Assembly (NCBI GenBank): GCA_964481885.1
Contig: CAYZUS010000011.1
Coordinates: 1-34,368, forward strand
Source of the DNA: an uncultured Actinomycetota bacterium
GTDB lineage: Bacteria; Actinomycetota; Humimicrobiia; Humimicrobiales; Humimicrobiaceae
Length of the DNA stretch: 34,368 nt
Direction of reading: 5' to 3'
Below the pieces are notes generated by a model. It worked only from the letters and a program-made list of their open reading frames with translations, was not told where the DNA came from and searched no databases. Both the position numbers and the translations under genes were made by a program. Shown piece by piece: positions 18,189-27,403 of this stretch (its first letter is position 1; each line of letters opens with the position of its first letter).

Positions 18189-18297
18189 CCAATATTGTGC
18201 CTAAAAGAGTATTGCCACATTCTGGTCCATTTAACCCTTCCGGTCCCTTCAGTGCTTCAGTCCTATTATAATGTTCCCAATATTGTGCCTAAAAGAG
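18189..18297. repeat. Perfect 21-bp direct repeat in the pelF-pelG spacer
   Basis: CCAATATTGTGCCTAAAAGAG at 18189-18209 and 18277-18297. Confidence 0.9.
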
Positions 18298-18362
18298 GCC
18301 CGTCACTTTCTTGCCCTTTCATGCTCTCAGGTGCTGTTTTCCATTCAAAAATATGCTGATTT

Positions 18363-19799
18363 TTATTCCAGGCCCTGTCGCTGAAAATTCCGGTAAAGTG
18401 TCCTGTAGCTTTCCACACATTTCTCGTAACCATAAAGATTTGAGACACGATTAAATCCATTTTCACCCATTTTTTTTCTAAGTTCGCTGTCTCTGCAAAG
18501 CCTGATTATGGCATTTGCAATTTTCTCGACATCCATTACAGGCTCCACAAGGCCGGCTATGCCATAAACATCACCGCGGCCATACAAAAGTTCCCTGCAT
18601 CCTCCGACATCAGTTACAACAAATGGCTTCTTTGCAGCCATACCCTCAAGTATTACAAAAGGCTGGCCCTCACTTATGCTTGTCATAACAAGGACATCCA
18701 TGTCATTTATATAATCTGTGGCCGTGACCTTGCCGGTAAATTTCAGGTCATCAAGACTTAACCTGTCGGCAAGACGCCTGCATTCGAGGTAATATTCTTC
18801 ATCTTCATCTATTGGACCAAAAATATAAAACCTTGCATTGCTTATTACTTTTTTTACATAATTAAAACTCTGTATCATTGTTTTGATATCCTTTATTGGC
18901 ACTACTCTCGTAATAGTTGCAATATTTATGTACTCGCTCCGTTTGAGTTTATCAGTATACTCCTTGGGATATGCGTCGGCGGATGCTTTGATATCGATCC
19001 CGTTAGGTATAATACTTATCTTTTCGGCCGGGCAGCCAAGCTCCACTTCAATCTCCTTATTTCTCTCGAACAATGTCAGAACCTCGTCGGAAAGCTCGTA
19101 AACACAGCTGCATATGTTGTAGAAGAATTTTATCCACATGTCTTTGAAATATCCTTTTGCCCAGGAGGATTTGATGATTTCTTCTTCTCTTTCTCTTGAA
19201 TAAATACCGTGTTCAGTAAGAATCATCGGTTTTTTATAAACAAGCTTGGCCATCACGGCCAGCAGTCCGGCATATCCATTCGCTGCGCTGTGGTATAAAT
19301 CTGCAGCCGGCAGTTTATTATTCAGCAAAAAAAACAGAGGCACCAGCATGGAGCGTACGGTCCAGAAAAACTCCGTAAACGGAACCGACTGGAATTTTTC
19401 CATATATCCTTCCACGAGTATATCGAAAAAGTTATAACTCATGAAAAAATCCATTTCATTTTTTATTCTTTTGTCAGACATCAGCTTGAAAATATAACTC
19501 CATTGAACTTTTTCGCCGGTTATAAGAGATTTGAGGTTTCTGCTCTCATCCCTGCTTAGTCTGTATCGTTTTCCATACTTCCCCTTTTCTTTGAGCATTT
19601 CATCGAGAAATACTTCCTTTACTGAAACCACATTGTCAGGAAGTTGGTATTTGTATACACCCTTATATTTTTCCTCGGCGCCTATTGAATAAATAATAAA
19701 TTCAAATTCAGGCATATTATTTAGAAGCATCTGAACCCATGTGGAAACACCGCCTGTAACATGCGGATAGCTGCCTTCTAGAAACAAACATATTTTCAA
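18363..19799 (-). CDS. pelF: GT4 glycosyltransferase PelF
   Basis: EGSYPHVTGGVSTW, LTEHGIYSRER, RVVPIKDIKT and SISEGQPFVILE (Ex7E). TTG start with a GAGG SD. Confidence 0.95.
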   Translation of the reverse strand: MKICLFLEGSYPHVTGGVSTWVQMLLNNMPEFEFIIYSIGAEEKYKGVYKYQLPDNVVSVKEVFLDEMLKEKGKYGKRYRLSRDESRNLKSLITGEKVQWSYIFKLMSDKRIKNEMDFFMSYNFFDILVEGYMEKFQSVPFTEFFWTVRSMLVPLFFLLNNKLPAADLYHSAANGYAGLLAVMAKLVYKKPMILTEHGIYSREREEEIIKSSWAKGYFKDMWIKFFYNICSCVYELSDEVLTLFERNKEIEVELGCPAEKISIIPNGIDIKASADAYPKEYTDKLKRSEYINIATITRVVPIKDIKTMIQSFNYVKKVISNARFYIFGPIDEDEEYYLECRRLADRLSLDDLKFTGKVTATDYINDMDVLVMTSISEGQPFVILEGMAAKKPFVVTDVGGCRELLYGRGDVYGIAGLVEPVMDVEKIANAIIRLCRDSELRKKMGENGFNRVSNLYGYEKCVESYRTLYRNFQRQGLE

Positions 19800-19801
19800 G
19801 A

Positions 19802-21616
19802 TTATTTTACCTCTAATTCCAAATTACAAATCGGCTCTTTTAAGGTCAGCAGATATGCATTGTCTGATATCTTCAGGAAGTCACAATTCTGGGATTTGAT
19901 TATTCTGCTGCCTGTTCGCATGATGCAGTAAACATCCGGCCGGAAATTTTGTGTATATATGGTTATAGTATTATCTTTGTATTCAACCTGAGGTTTGCAT
20001 TCAATATATTTTACCAGTTCCTGGCTGGCTGAAGATATGGTAAAACCCCTGAGCCAGCCATAACTTGTGTCTACTTCTCCAACCATTGAAACAAATTCTT
20101 TTGACAGCATGGTCCAGCTCTTGCCGCTGTTTCTCTCAGGATCAAGAACATCGTCTGGATGGACAAAGTGGGCAAACAATCCATATGCATTTATGCCATT
20201 ATAAATCTGCCACATTACTTCCTCCGTTTTTTCATACCCTGCTGAGATTCTGGGGAACTCTATTATGCCATCTGTTGCTATGCTTAATTCCTGGACATAT
20301 GAATCCTGCTCTTTGTCCGGAAGATATACTGACGATATTATTTTCAAATCAGGATTTGCTTCTATAACTGCTTTTCGGCCTTCAGGACTCAGGATATTGG
20401 ATGGCGGCACATATGCTTTAAAGGAATACTGGCCAAAAACACTTTTAGTAAATCTTACCAGCTCTTTTATCGATGAAGACATATCGTTTTCACTGTTCCA
20501 TGGAATGTAGCCCAGATCCTGCTTAATAAATCCTTTCAATGCAAGAGACTGGTGATTATAACCGTGAAGCCCCATTTCACCGCCAATACCAAGCAGTTCT
20601 TTGCCATAAATAAGAAGATTCTGTATATCCTTGGAGTCTCCTTTGTCAAGCGGAGGAGTTGTATTATTATTGTAAGACTCAATTATAAAACCGGAATATT
20701 TTATTCCAAATCTTTTGGCTGTTTTTATCATTTCCGGCCACCAGACTTCACTGTAAAACTGTGGGATATCCCTGCTGAATTCTTCATAGATCTTTTCATC
20801 CCTTCCGGCAGGAACCGGGGAAGGAAAATCATCAATATGTATCATTTTTACATTGATCACGGGGTAAACAAGGTTGTCCCTGGAAATCCCTATAATTCCT
20901 GCAAGAAGCCCCCTGTTATTTTTTTCATTTAAAATAGTACCATTAAAAACTATAAAGCTGCCTTTCCCATAGTTATTTTCCCATAGAAGAGGCACATCCG
21001 TGTAAGATGCCATTAAGGGTACAATGCCTTCAACCAGTTCCAGATTATTGGAAGAATTGAGAATATTGTCTGCATTTGACTTAAACCCGTTTGCGCCTAT
21101 CATAACATCCGAAAGTACTTTGATGCCTTTTGTGTTTGAAACATTCCTGTCATATTTTTTTATGCCAAGCAGGCTGCTGATTCCTTCAAAACTCTTGTCA
21201 GTAACGGGACGTGTTAAAAATACTAGCTTCCCTCCATTTTTTACGTAATCAATATAATCACTGAGGTTTTTTAAGGAATCAAGTCTTTCAATTGTCAAAA
21301 ATATACAGTCATAATCAGATAAATTCTGCACCAGCTGATCTATTGTGCCGTCCCGGTAATCCTTTTTCATATAGTCCAGTACTGCTTTCAGATGCTGCCC
21401 TGTTTTTAAACTGTTTTCTGTATTGGTGTTTGAAATGATGAGATATTTTTCAAAATCTGCATTGGCAGGAACTTCCGGAGATACGGCCTGCAGCAACACT
21501 TCCTGTGAGTTTGCGTTTTTTACAAGTTTCAGAATACCGAATGAACGCAGAAGTTGAAGCCCTGCGGCTAAAATCAGGAGCGCTATTATGATTATGGAAA
21601 GTTTTCTAATAAACAT
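19802..21616 (-). CDS. pelA: PelA deacetylase-type protein (PelA-DA, DUF2194)
   Basis: CE4-like motifs HIDDFP, GLHGYNH, YVPPSN and HFVHPDD. N-terminal TM. Start set at ATG 21616, overlapping the pelE stop (ORF track starts at 21658). Confidence 0.87.
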   Translation of the reverse strand: MFIRKLSIIIIALLILAAGLQLLRSFGILKLVKNANSQEVLLQAVSPEVPANADFEKYLIISNTNTENSLKTGQHLKAVLDYMKKDYRDGTIDQLVQNLSDYDCIFLTIERLDSLKNLSDYIDYVKNGGKLVFLTRPVTDKSFEGISSLLGIKKYDRNVSNTKGIKVLSDVMIGANGFKSNADNILNSSNNLELVEGIVPLMASYTDVPLLWENNYGKGSFIVFNGTILNEKNNRGLLAGIIGISRDNLVYPVINVKMIHIDDFPSPVPAGRDEKIYEEFSRDIPQFYSEVWWPEMIKTAKRFGIKYSGFIIESYNNNTTPPLDKGDSKDIQNLLIYGKELLGIGGEMGLHGYNHQSLALKGFIKQDLGYIPWNSENDMSSSIKELVRFTKSVFGQYSFKAYVPPSNILSPEGRKAVIEANPDLKIISSVYLPDKEQDSYVQELSIATDGIIEFPRISAGYEKTEEVMWQIYNGINAYGLFAHFVHPDDVLDPERNSGKSWTMLSKEFVSMVGEVDTSYGWLRGFTISSASQELVKYIECKPQVEYKDNTITIYTQNFRPDVYCIMRTGSRIIKSQNCDFLKISDNAYLLTLKEPICNLELEVK

Positions 21617-22523
21617 CTGCCTCGCTGCCCTCCCAGTATCTGACAACACTTTCACCATATTCGGTTAGCCCTATTTTTTTATCTTTTAAGGTTTTCGATG
21701 CATTGGCAAATGATTCAATATCCCTGCAAATATAATACAATTTCATCAGGGACAGATATGGTTTTTCACTGTTTGGAAAATGATCATAAAATTTTTTACA
21801 GAAGACCTGGGCACTTTTAAAATCTCTCAGTTCCATATCGCTATTTATTTTATCCACAAAATAGGTTTCACTTGTTGTATTTAAGGATAAAAGCTCAGAT
21901 AGTGCCGCAGAATACTTTTCCAGATAGACATAATAGTCAATTCTGTCCGCAAGACCACTTTTCAGATATTTCTTTAAAGTATTGGTGTATTCCTGTATCA
22001 CACATATGTCGTCTTTGTCATTTTTGTATTTGTCGTAGGAACTCGTAAGCAAAGCTTCAAACTGCTTTTTTATTTCCATCAGTGCCGAAGCTGCGTAATG
22101 AGATGTTTCCGAATCCCGGCTTTTGATGGCTTTTTGCAGCCCTTTTATGTGCCCGGTAAAATCTTTTTTTAAAATATAAATGAGGTATGCTCTTTTGCTT
22201 TTATTATCACTGAAGTGCAGTGAGTCTTCCATTGGCACAGTGTTTATTTCCTTTTCAAAATCAAGAGCTTCTTCATAATACACGTGCTTTTTTTCGCTAA
22301 TATATTTAATATAACTCTCAACTATGGAATCGGATCTGTCAGGAATCTTTTTTAAAATCGCCGAAATAATAAAAAACAAAAAACCGGCTGCCGGTATAAA
22401 AAAGACAATAAAAAATTTATACAGACTGTCCTGCAGACCCTTAAGTCTTAGATTTACTGCAAAATATATAAGGCTGATTATCAAATGAGCCGCCATCAGT
22501 ACAATTATCAGATTATTGTTCAT
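21606..22523 (-). CDS. pelE: PelE-like membrane protein (2 TM plus helical/TPR-like domain)
   Basis: Two N-terminal TMs, D.ETSHYAASA motif, helical C-terminus. Lies between pelD and pelA-DA. Start ATG 22523 after a GAGG SD. Confidence 0.78.
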   Translation of the reverse strand: MNNNLIIVLMAAHLIISLIYFAVNLRLKGLQDSLYKFFIVFFIPAAGFLFFIISAILKKIPDRSDSIVESYIKYISEKKHVYYEEALDFEKEINTVPMEDSLHFSDNKSKRAYLIYILKKDFTGHIKGLQKAIKSRDSETSHYAASALMEIKKQFEALLTSSYDKYKNDKDDICVIQEYTNTLKKYLKSGLADRIDYYVYLEKYSAALSELLSLNTTSETYFVDKINSDMELRDFKSAQVFCKKFYDHFPNSEKPYLSLMKLYYICRDIESFANASKTLKDKKIGLTEYGESVVRYWEGSEADVY

Positions 22524-24750
22524 CTTCAAGATCCTCAATTATCAGGGATGCAGCTATTCCTGCTTTTTTTAATCTTTCAAGCACCAGCCCTGCATAGTTA
22601 TTGGTTGTGTTTGACAGCAGAATATATATACTGCCATCTTTACTTATACCCAGATAGTCATTATCCCTGATTACCCGGATAGATGCGGAGGATATTTCTT
22701 CAAGAGGCTTGTCCTCCCTTTTAACCTTAAGCAAAGTATAGCTCATTCCAAGCTCTGCTTTATTATTCCTGATTTCCCTGAGTATCTTTTCAAAAGTATA
22801 AGATGTCAGAATCCTCGAATTGGGCAGATACCTTTTATCCTTAAGGCTTGCTTCGAAAAAATATGCTCTTTTTAATGCATTAGTTATCAAACCAACTACA
22901 GTCTGGAAAAGGTTTTCATAATGCAGCGTCAGGTTCTCAAAGCTTGTGTTGTGAACCGAAAGCACTCCAATGACATTTTTGTCATCAATAACCGGGGCCA
23001 TCATTACAGGCATGCCAGATTTAAAGTCACGGTTAACATAAGTACTTTTAGTCTGGACCATTTGTTTTATTTCATTGAAATCTGATATTTTTATAGAATT
23101 TGGAACCTTATCCATGAGAGCCAGCGACCTTGCTTTAAGCCTCATATAGTTATTGCTTTCATCATTGCTTAAAGTATAAATTGAAACCTGACTGGTCCTC
23201 ATAATACTTTCTATAGCTGAAATGGCGCCTGAAAATACTTTTTCAATTTCCATACTGTCAACTTCCTGGATAATCTTGTATATGGCGCTAAAACTGTCTT
23301 CTGACTCAATGACCTGGTTTTCAAGCTCATTTTTAACTATTCTCGTCTCATTATAAATTTCAGTCAGGAAAGTATATTTATTCTGCAGGTTCTGAATTGA
23401 AAGATCTTTTGACTGAAGATCCCTGTTTTTTTTCTCAATGGAATACCCTGTTATAATTCCTACAAGTATGTAAACGGCCACTCTTATTAAGTTTTCCGGT
23501 GTGTAGATAAAAGTCACAATATCTGCCCCTGCAAACAAACTCATCCCAAAATACAGTCCGGCAGAAAGTATCATGGCCAGATATGCCTGAGTCTGGCCCC
23601 AGAGTATGCCCATTAATATTATATAAATAATACTGTAATCAACTCTTAAAACAGGCATCTTTATATTAAAGAAAAGATTACCCCATTGCAGGAAAGCTGC
23701 AAATAAAAATAATATGATATTTTCCACATAAGCAATTGCTTTAAGCGGTTTTCTTTTCTGTTTTGCACCGGCTACCTGCAAATTGTGTCCACGGAGTTTT
23801 TTGCTTTCTGCCTTTTGCTGCCTTTCTCTGCAAACAATTCCAATGCCGTCATCAAAACTGACTTTAGGCTCCCAACCAGTGGCTCCTGAGATTTTTGAAT
23901 TATCAAGCGATGATCTTTGTAGTTTTTCCTTAGCCTTGTTCAGATAAATTATCCTTCCGGGTTTTTCGTGCTCGGATAACTTTTCAAGCACTGAGTTAAT
24001 CGAGCGTTCAACACCTGAGGACAGATTAAAAATTCCTGTACATTTACTGTTGATGGATGCCCTGCAAACCCCTTCTGTGAAATCATCAATATATATAAAA
24101 TCCCTTGTCTGCATTCCGGAGCCGCTGACGATAATTTCCCCACCCCGCATCATCATATCCAATAATTCTGATACTGTGTCCTGCATTTTAGGAAAATGGT
24201 TTGGTAAATGCTGCACCAAACCATAGACATTTGCGGCTCTGAGGCTTAACAAGCCAAAATTATTTATATCACTCCATCTGGAACAGTAGTATTCCATTAC
24301 ATAGCTGCTCATTCCCCTGACTGTTACCGGATTTGGCATGGTTTCTTCACTGGCAGGGGTTTCGAAGGTATTGCCATAAATTTCTGAGGATGAAAGAAGG
24401 ACAAATTTTTTTACTTTGTTTTTTGTCGATAAATCAAGCATGTTTACAAGCCCTGATACGTTGCAGCCTGATAATATGTCTTCGGAGGGAAAAATTTTTT
24501 TTGGTTCTTCAGATATCGGTTCATATTCAGGAAGAAATATTACTATTTCAAACCTGCCGGCACCAAAAATTTTTTCGCATTCGGGACTCGAACTTAAGAG
24601 ATTGTAAAATTTGAACTTTTCTGCATGGTTCCTGGCATTTTCATCAGAGGCCAGTTTATCAATTACCGTTACTTCATGGCCTTCGCTTGCAAACTTTTCT
24701 GCCAGGGTGGATCCTATATACAGATAACAGCCGCTTATCAATATTTTCAA
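22513..24750 (-). CDS. pelD: PelD c-di-GMP receptor with N-terminal degenerate SDR/epimerase domain (SDR-4TM-GAF-degenerate GGDEF)
   Basis: Epimerase fold (SSSEIYG, RAANVYG, QTRDFIYIDD, GWEPKVSF), about 4 TMs, coiled coil, GAF-like region, C-terminal IRDND (RxxD I-site) without GGDEF. Start set at TTG 24750 (MKILISG) after AAAGGA. Confidence 0.88.
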   Translation of the reverse strand: MKILISGCYLYIGSTLAEKFASEGHEVTVIDKLASDENARNHAEKFKFYNLLSSSPECEKIFGAGRFEIVIFLPEYEPISEEPKKIFPSEDILSGCNVSGLVNMLDLSTKNKVKKFVLLSSSEIYGNTFETPASEETMPNPVTVRGMSSYVMEYYCSRWSDINNFGLLSLRAANVYGLVQHLPNHFPKMQDTVSELLDMMMRGGEIIVSGSGMQTRDFIYIDDFTEGVCRASINSKCTGIFNLSSGVERSINSVLEKLSEHEKPGRIIYLNKAKEKLQRSSLDNSKISGATGWEPKVSFDDGIGIVCRERQQKAESKKLRGHNLQVAGAKQKRKPLKAIAYVENIILFLFAAFLQWGNLFFNIKMPVLRVDYSIIYIILMGILWGQTQAYLAMILSAGLYFGMSLFAGADIVTFIYTPENLIRVAVYILVGIITGYSIEKKNRDLQSKDLSIQNLQNKYTFLTEIYNETRIVKNELENQVIESEDSFSAIYKIIQEVDSMEIEKVFSGAISAIESIMRTSQVSIYTLSNDESNNYMRLKARSLALMDKVPNSIKISDFNEIKQMVQTKSTYVNRDFKSGMPVMMAPVIDDKNVIGVLSVHNTSFENLTLHYENLFQTVVGLITNALKRAYFFEASLKDKRYLPNSRILTSYTFEKILREIRNNKAELGMSYTLLKVKREDKPLEEISSASIRVIRDNDYLGISKDGSIYILLSNTTNNYAGLVLERLKKAGIAASLIIEDLEDEQ

Positions 24751-25116
24751 TGTATTTTTTGTTCCTTTCAGTCTCAGATTTCTCCAAAAAAACAATATCG
24801 ATGCCCAATATCCTGACTGGCAATATATATATCGTCATATTACAAAAGTTTCTGCACATTTTTACAATATTTATTGCAATAAATTTAATTCTTAAAGACT
24901 GGCCCGTTCCGGGGAATTCCGGAGTTTTTTGATAACAGATTGTAAAAAACTGTGGGGCTTTATATTAATTAGTGAGGGATGAAAATCCATTAAAGCAAGC
25001 TGAATTAAAAATTATGCAGGTTTTTTAGCCGATATTTTATTAAATGTCGAATTATTTTCAAATATTTATTAAAATATACCTGAAATATTAGTATTAAAAA
25101 ATTAGCCCGTTATAAA

Positions 25117-26199
25117 ATGATAAATAAATTCATCATGCGAAAGGCAATTATCAGTTTTATCTCTTTGGCATCACTGTCAGCCATAACTATGCTTGCCATC
25201 TTTGGTTTTGTTTTTATTTTAACTTCATGTTCTTCACCGGCAACTCAAACCATCAAATACAGCGCGTCCGGCGATGCTTCTGTTTCGGAAAATATCAGCA
25301 CCACTGTGGCTGATTTGCCTGTGCCTGCTTCAGATTTGCCTGATTATTCCAGTTATATAAATGATTTTACCGGCACTCTTTCTTCCGAATGGAAGAATAA
25401 GTCTGAAGAGCTTGTGCAAAAAGTCCAGACTGATACCGGATGTGAGATTGCAGTTGCAGTAATTGACAGCCTTGGTGGGATGACAATCGAGGAGTATGCA
25501 TTAAAGCTTTTTGAAAAATGGGGAGTCGGCAAGAAGGAAGAAGATAACGGGGTGCTTTTACTGGTCTCAATATCCGACAGAGAATTAAGAATAGAAGTTG
25601 GATATGGGCTCGAAGCTGTCATTACGGATCTGCAGGCAAGCGAGATTATTGATAATGTAATTACCCCGAGGTTTAAATTAAATGATTACAATACGGGCAT
25701 TTATAACGGAGTAGCTGCAATAGCAAATATTATATATGAGGAGCAGGGCAAAGGTAACCAGACAATTAAATCTGCTGCCTCGGAAGTTAAAAAATCATTC
25801 GTTGACACAATATGGTTTCCTCTTCTTATAGTTTTTGCCAACCTTGCGCCATGGCTGGCAATTGGGACAGTTGCCCTTGTTGCTCATATCAAAAGCAGTA
25901 TCAGGGAACAAAAGTGCCCGCAATGCAAAAAGATCGGGCTTGTTATAACACGCAAGTGGCTTCTTTACCCGACATACGATTATCCCGGCCGGCAGGAAGT
26001 AACGAAGAAGTGCAGATTTTGCGGTTATTCTGATAAAAGAACTGTCTCAGTTTCAAAGCTTTCAAGGACCTATGGTTCCGGAGGAAGCAGCAGCAGCTCT
26101 TCCGGCGGCTTCTCTTCAGGCAGTTCGTCAAGCCACAGCAGTTCAAGCAGCTTTGGCGGCGGTTCTTCTGGTGGCGGCGGTTCAAGCGGCCACTGGTAA
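25117..26199 (+). CDS. TPM-domain (YgcG-like) membrane protein with zinc ribbon and Gly/Ser tail
   Basis: YINDF, WGVGKKEEDNGVLLLV and RIEVGYGLE signatures; TM; CPQC...CRFC; SFGGGSSGGGGSSGHW terminus. Possible lipobox LTSC. Confidence 0.9.
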   Translation: MINKFIMRKAIISFISLASLSAITMLAIFGFVFILTSCSSPATQTIKYSASGDASVSENISTTVADLPVPASDLPDYSSYINDFTGTLSSEWKNKSEELVQKVQTDTGCEIAVAVIDSLGGMTIEEYALKLFEKWGVGKKEEDNGVLLLVSISDRELRIEVGYGLEAVITDLQASEIIDNVITPRFKLNDYNTGIYNGVAAIANIIYEEQGKGNQTIKSAASEVKKSFVDTIWFPLLIVFANLAPWLAIGTVALVAHIKSSIREQKCPQCKKIGLVITRKWLLYPTYDYPGRQEVTKKCRFCGYSDKRTVSVSKLSRTYGSGGSSSSSSGGFSSGSSSSHSSSSSFGGGSSGGGGSSGHW

Positions 26200-26202
26200 T
26201 TT

Positions 26203-27240
26203 TTACTCATACAGCTTCTGCAGAAAATCATCAACATTGGCAGTCTTTTTGAAACCTTCCTGGTTTAAAAGATCAAGGTAAGATTTCAGTACATTTCCCA
26301 ACTGTGTGTCCTGGTATTGGTTTGAGAAGTTTTCAAATTCTGTCAGTCTGTCCGGATATATCTTCCCATCAATTTCAAAAACGGGATTATTGTCAATTCC
26401 GCCAAGATAGGCATTGAGCCTGCCGCCATTGAACTGGCTTACTTTCCTGTAGCGCGGTGAGTCCGGATATTGTTCAAGATATTTGAATGCTTTATCTATT
26501 CTTATAAGTAAATCTTCCATCGTGATTGCAATACCGGCACCCATGATGGCAGGACGTGTGGATTCGTCCAGATAAATGCTTATAAATTCATTGAGCTCAG
26601 CATCAATGGCACCGGCATAAATGCCATAAGCCGCATAATCCACAAGCGGCATAAAAAATCCCTCAGCAGCAAGTATTTTGTATTTTCTTGCAATTGTCTC
26701 ATCTATAAGCGGTTTTAATTCAGAGTCTGCGACTGCTGCAAGTATCTGCATGTCGACTTGATAACTTTCACCAAGCGCATTAAAGATTTTCTCCTGTATT
26801 TTGCCTTTTGTAAATTTATCCGTAAAATCATATTTCTTTTCTTCACTTATCCTTATCATCTCGCCAACCATATATGTCAGTGTGCCTGTATCAGCATCTT
26901 TGCTGTTTGAATCCAGAAAACTGAAAAGTTCAGGAGTGTCGGTGCCTTCACTTACCAGTTTGTCAAAATCTGCCTTTATATTAATGGATAAATCATCCTG
27001 CGCAGCAGTATCCACAGTCTGCACTTCAGTTGTCTCTGCTGCAACTGTTTGCGAAGCTTGCGCAGAATCAGCAGCCTCAGCAGTTGTCGCCTCAGTCTGC
27101 TGTTCAGTATCTGTCGAAGATGTCACCCATGTAGACAGATCAAGGCAGCATCCTGTGATATTTAAGGCGAGCCCCAGAGCTATCGATACAATCAAAGAAA
27201 ACAGAAAATAAAATCCTTTTTTCTTAACCTGTAACCTCAT
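26203..27240 (-). CDS. Putative lipoprotein, function unknown
   Basis: Basic N-terminus, hydrophobic stretch, ITGC lipobox, Thr/Ala/Glu-rich linker, helical domain. AAGGAG SD upstream. Confidence 0.75.
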   Translation of the reverse strand: MRLQVKKKGFYFLFSLIVSIALGLALNITGCCLDLSTWVTSSTDTEQQTEATTAEAADSAQASQTVAAETTEVQTVDTAAQDDLSINIKADFDKLVSEGTDTPELFSFLDSNSKDADTGTLTYMVGEMIRISEEKKYDFTDKFTKGKIQEKIFNALGESYQVDMQILAAVADSELKPLIDETIARKYKILAAEGFFMPLVDYAAYGIYAGAIDAELNEFISIYLDESTRPAIMGAGIAITMEDLLIRIDKAFKYLEQYPDSPRYRKVSQFNGGRLNAYLGGIDNNPVFEIDGKIYPDRLTEFENFSNQYQDTQLGNVLKSYLDLLNQEGFKKTANVDDFLQKLYE

Positions 27241-27353
27241 TAGCTGTCTCCTTTATGAAAAACTTAAATTTATAAAAATGTAAATTAAAAATAGTTGCCT
27301 CAAATGCCTTTTAACCATTTTGGCAAAAAACAAAATCAAGCCGGGAATTCAGC

Positions 27354-27395
27354 CGGGAGCATTAATTTTAATGGAGCATTCTCCTGACTCTCCCG
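27354..27395 (-). terminator. Possible structured terminator downstream of the channel gene
   Basis: Outer stem CGGGAG (27354-27359)/CTCCCG (27390-27395) encloses two small hairpins. T-rich tract follows on the minus strand. Confidence 0.3.
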
Positions 27396-27403
27396 TCAAC
27401 TCT

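Noticed and set aside
18266-18466. 66-aa minus-strand ORF as an independent gene
   Set aside because: It overlaps pelF out of frame by about 100 nt and is better explained as part of the eroded spacer described in the findings.
24751-25116. c-di-GMP riboswitch or clear promoter upstream of pelD
   Set aside because: No GEMM-like GGCAAA...GAAA...GACGCAAA pattern was seen on either strand. There is only a small hairpin near 24907-24924 and a weak TTGTAA-17-TGTAAT match. An Infernal/Rfam scan would be decisive.
26070-26196. Gly/Ser low-complexity repeat
   Set aside because: This is the normal C-terminal tail of TPM/YgcG-family proteins.
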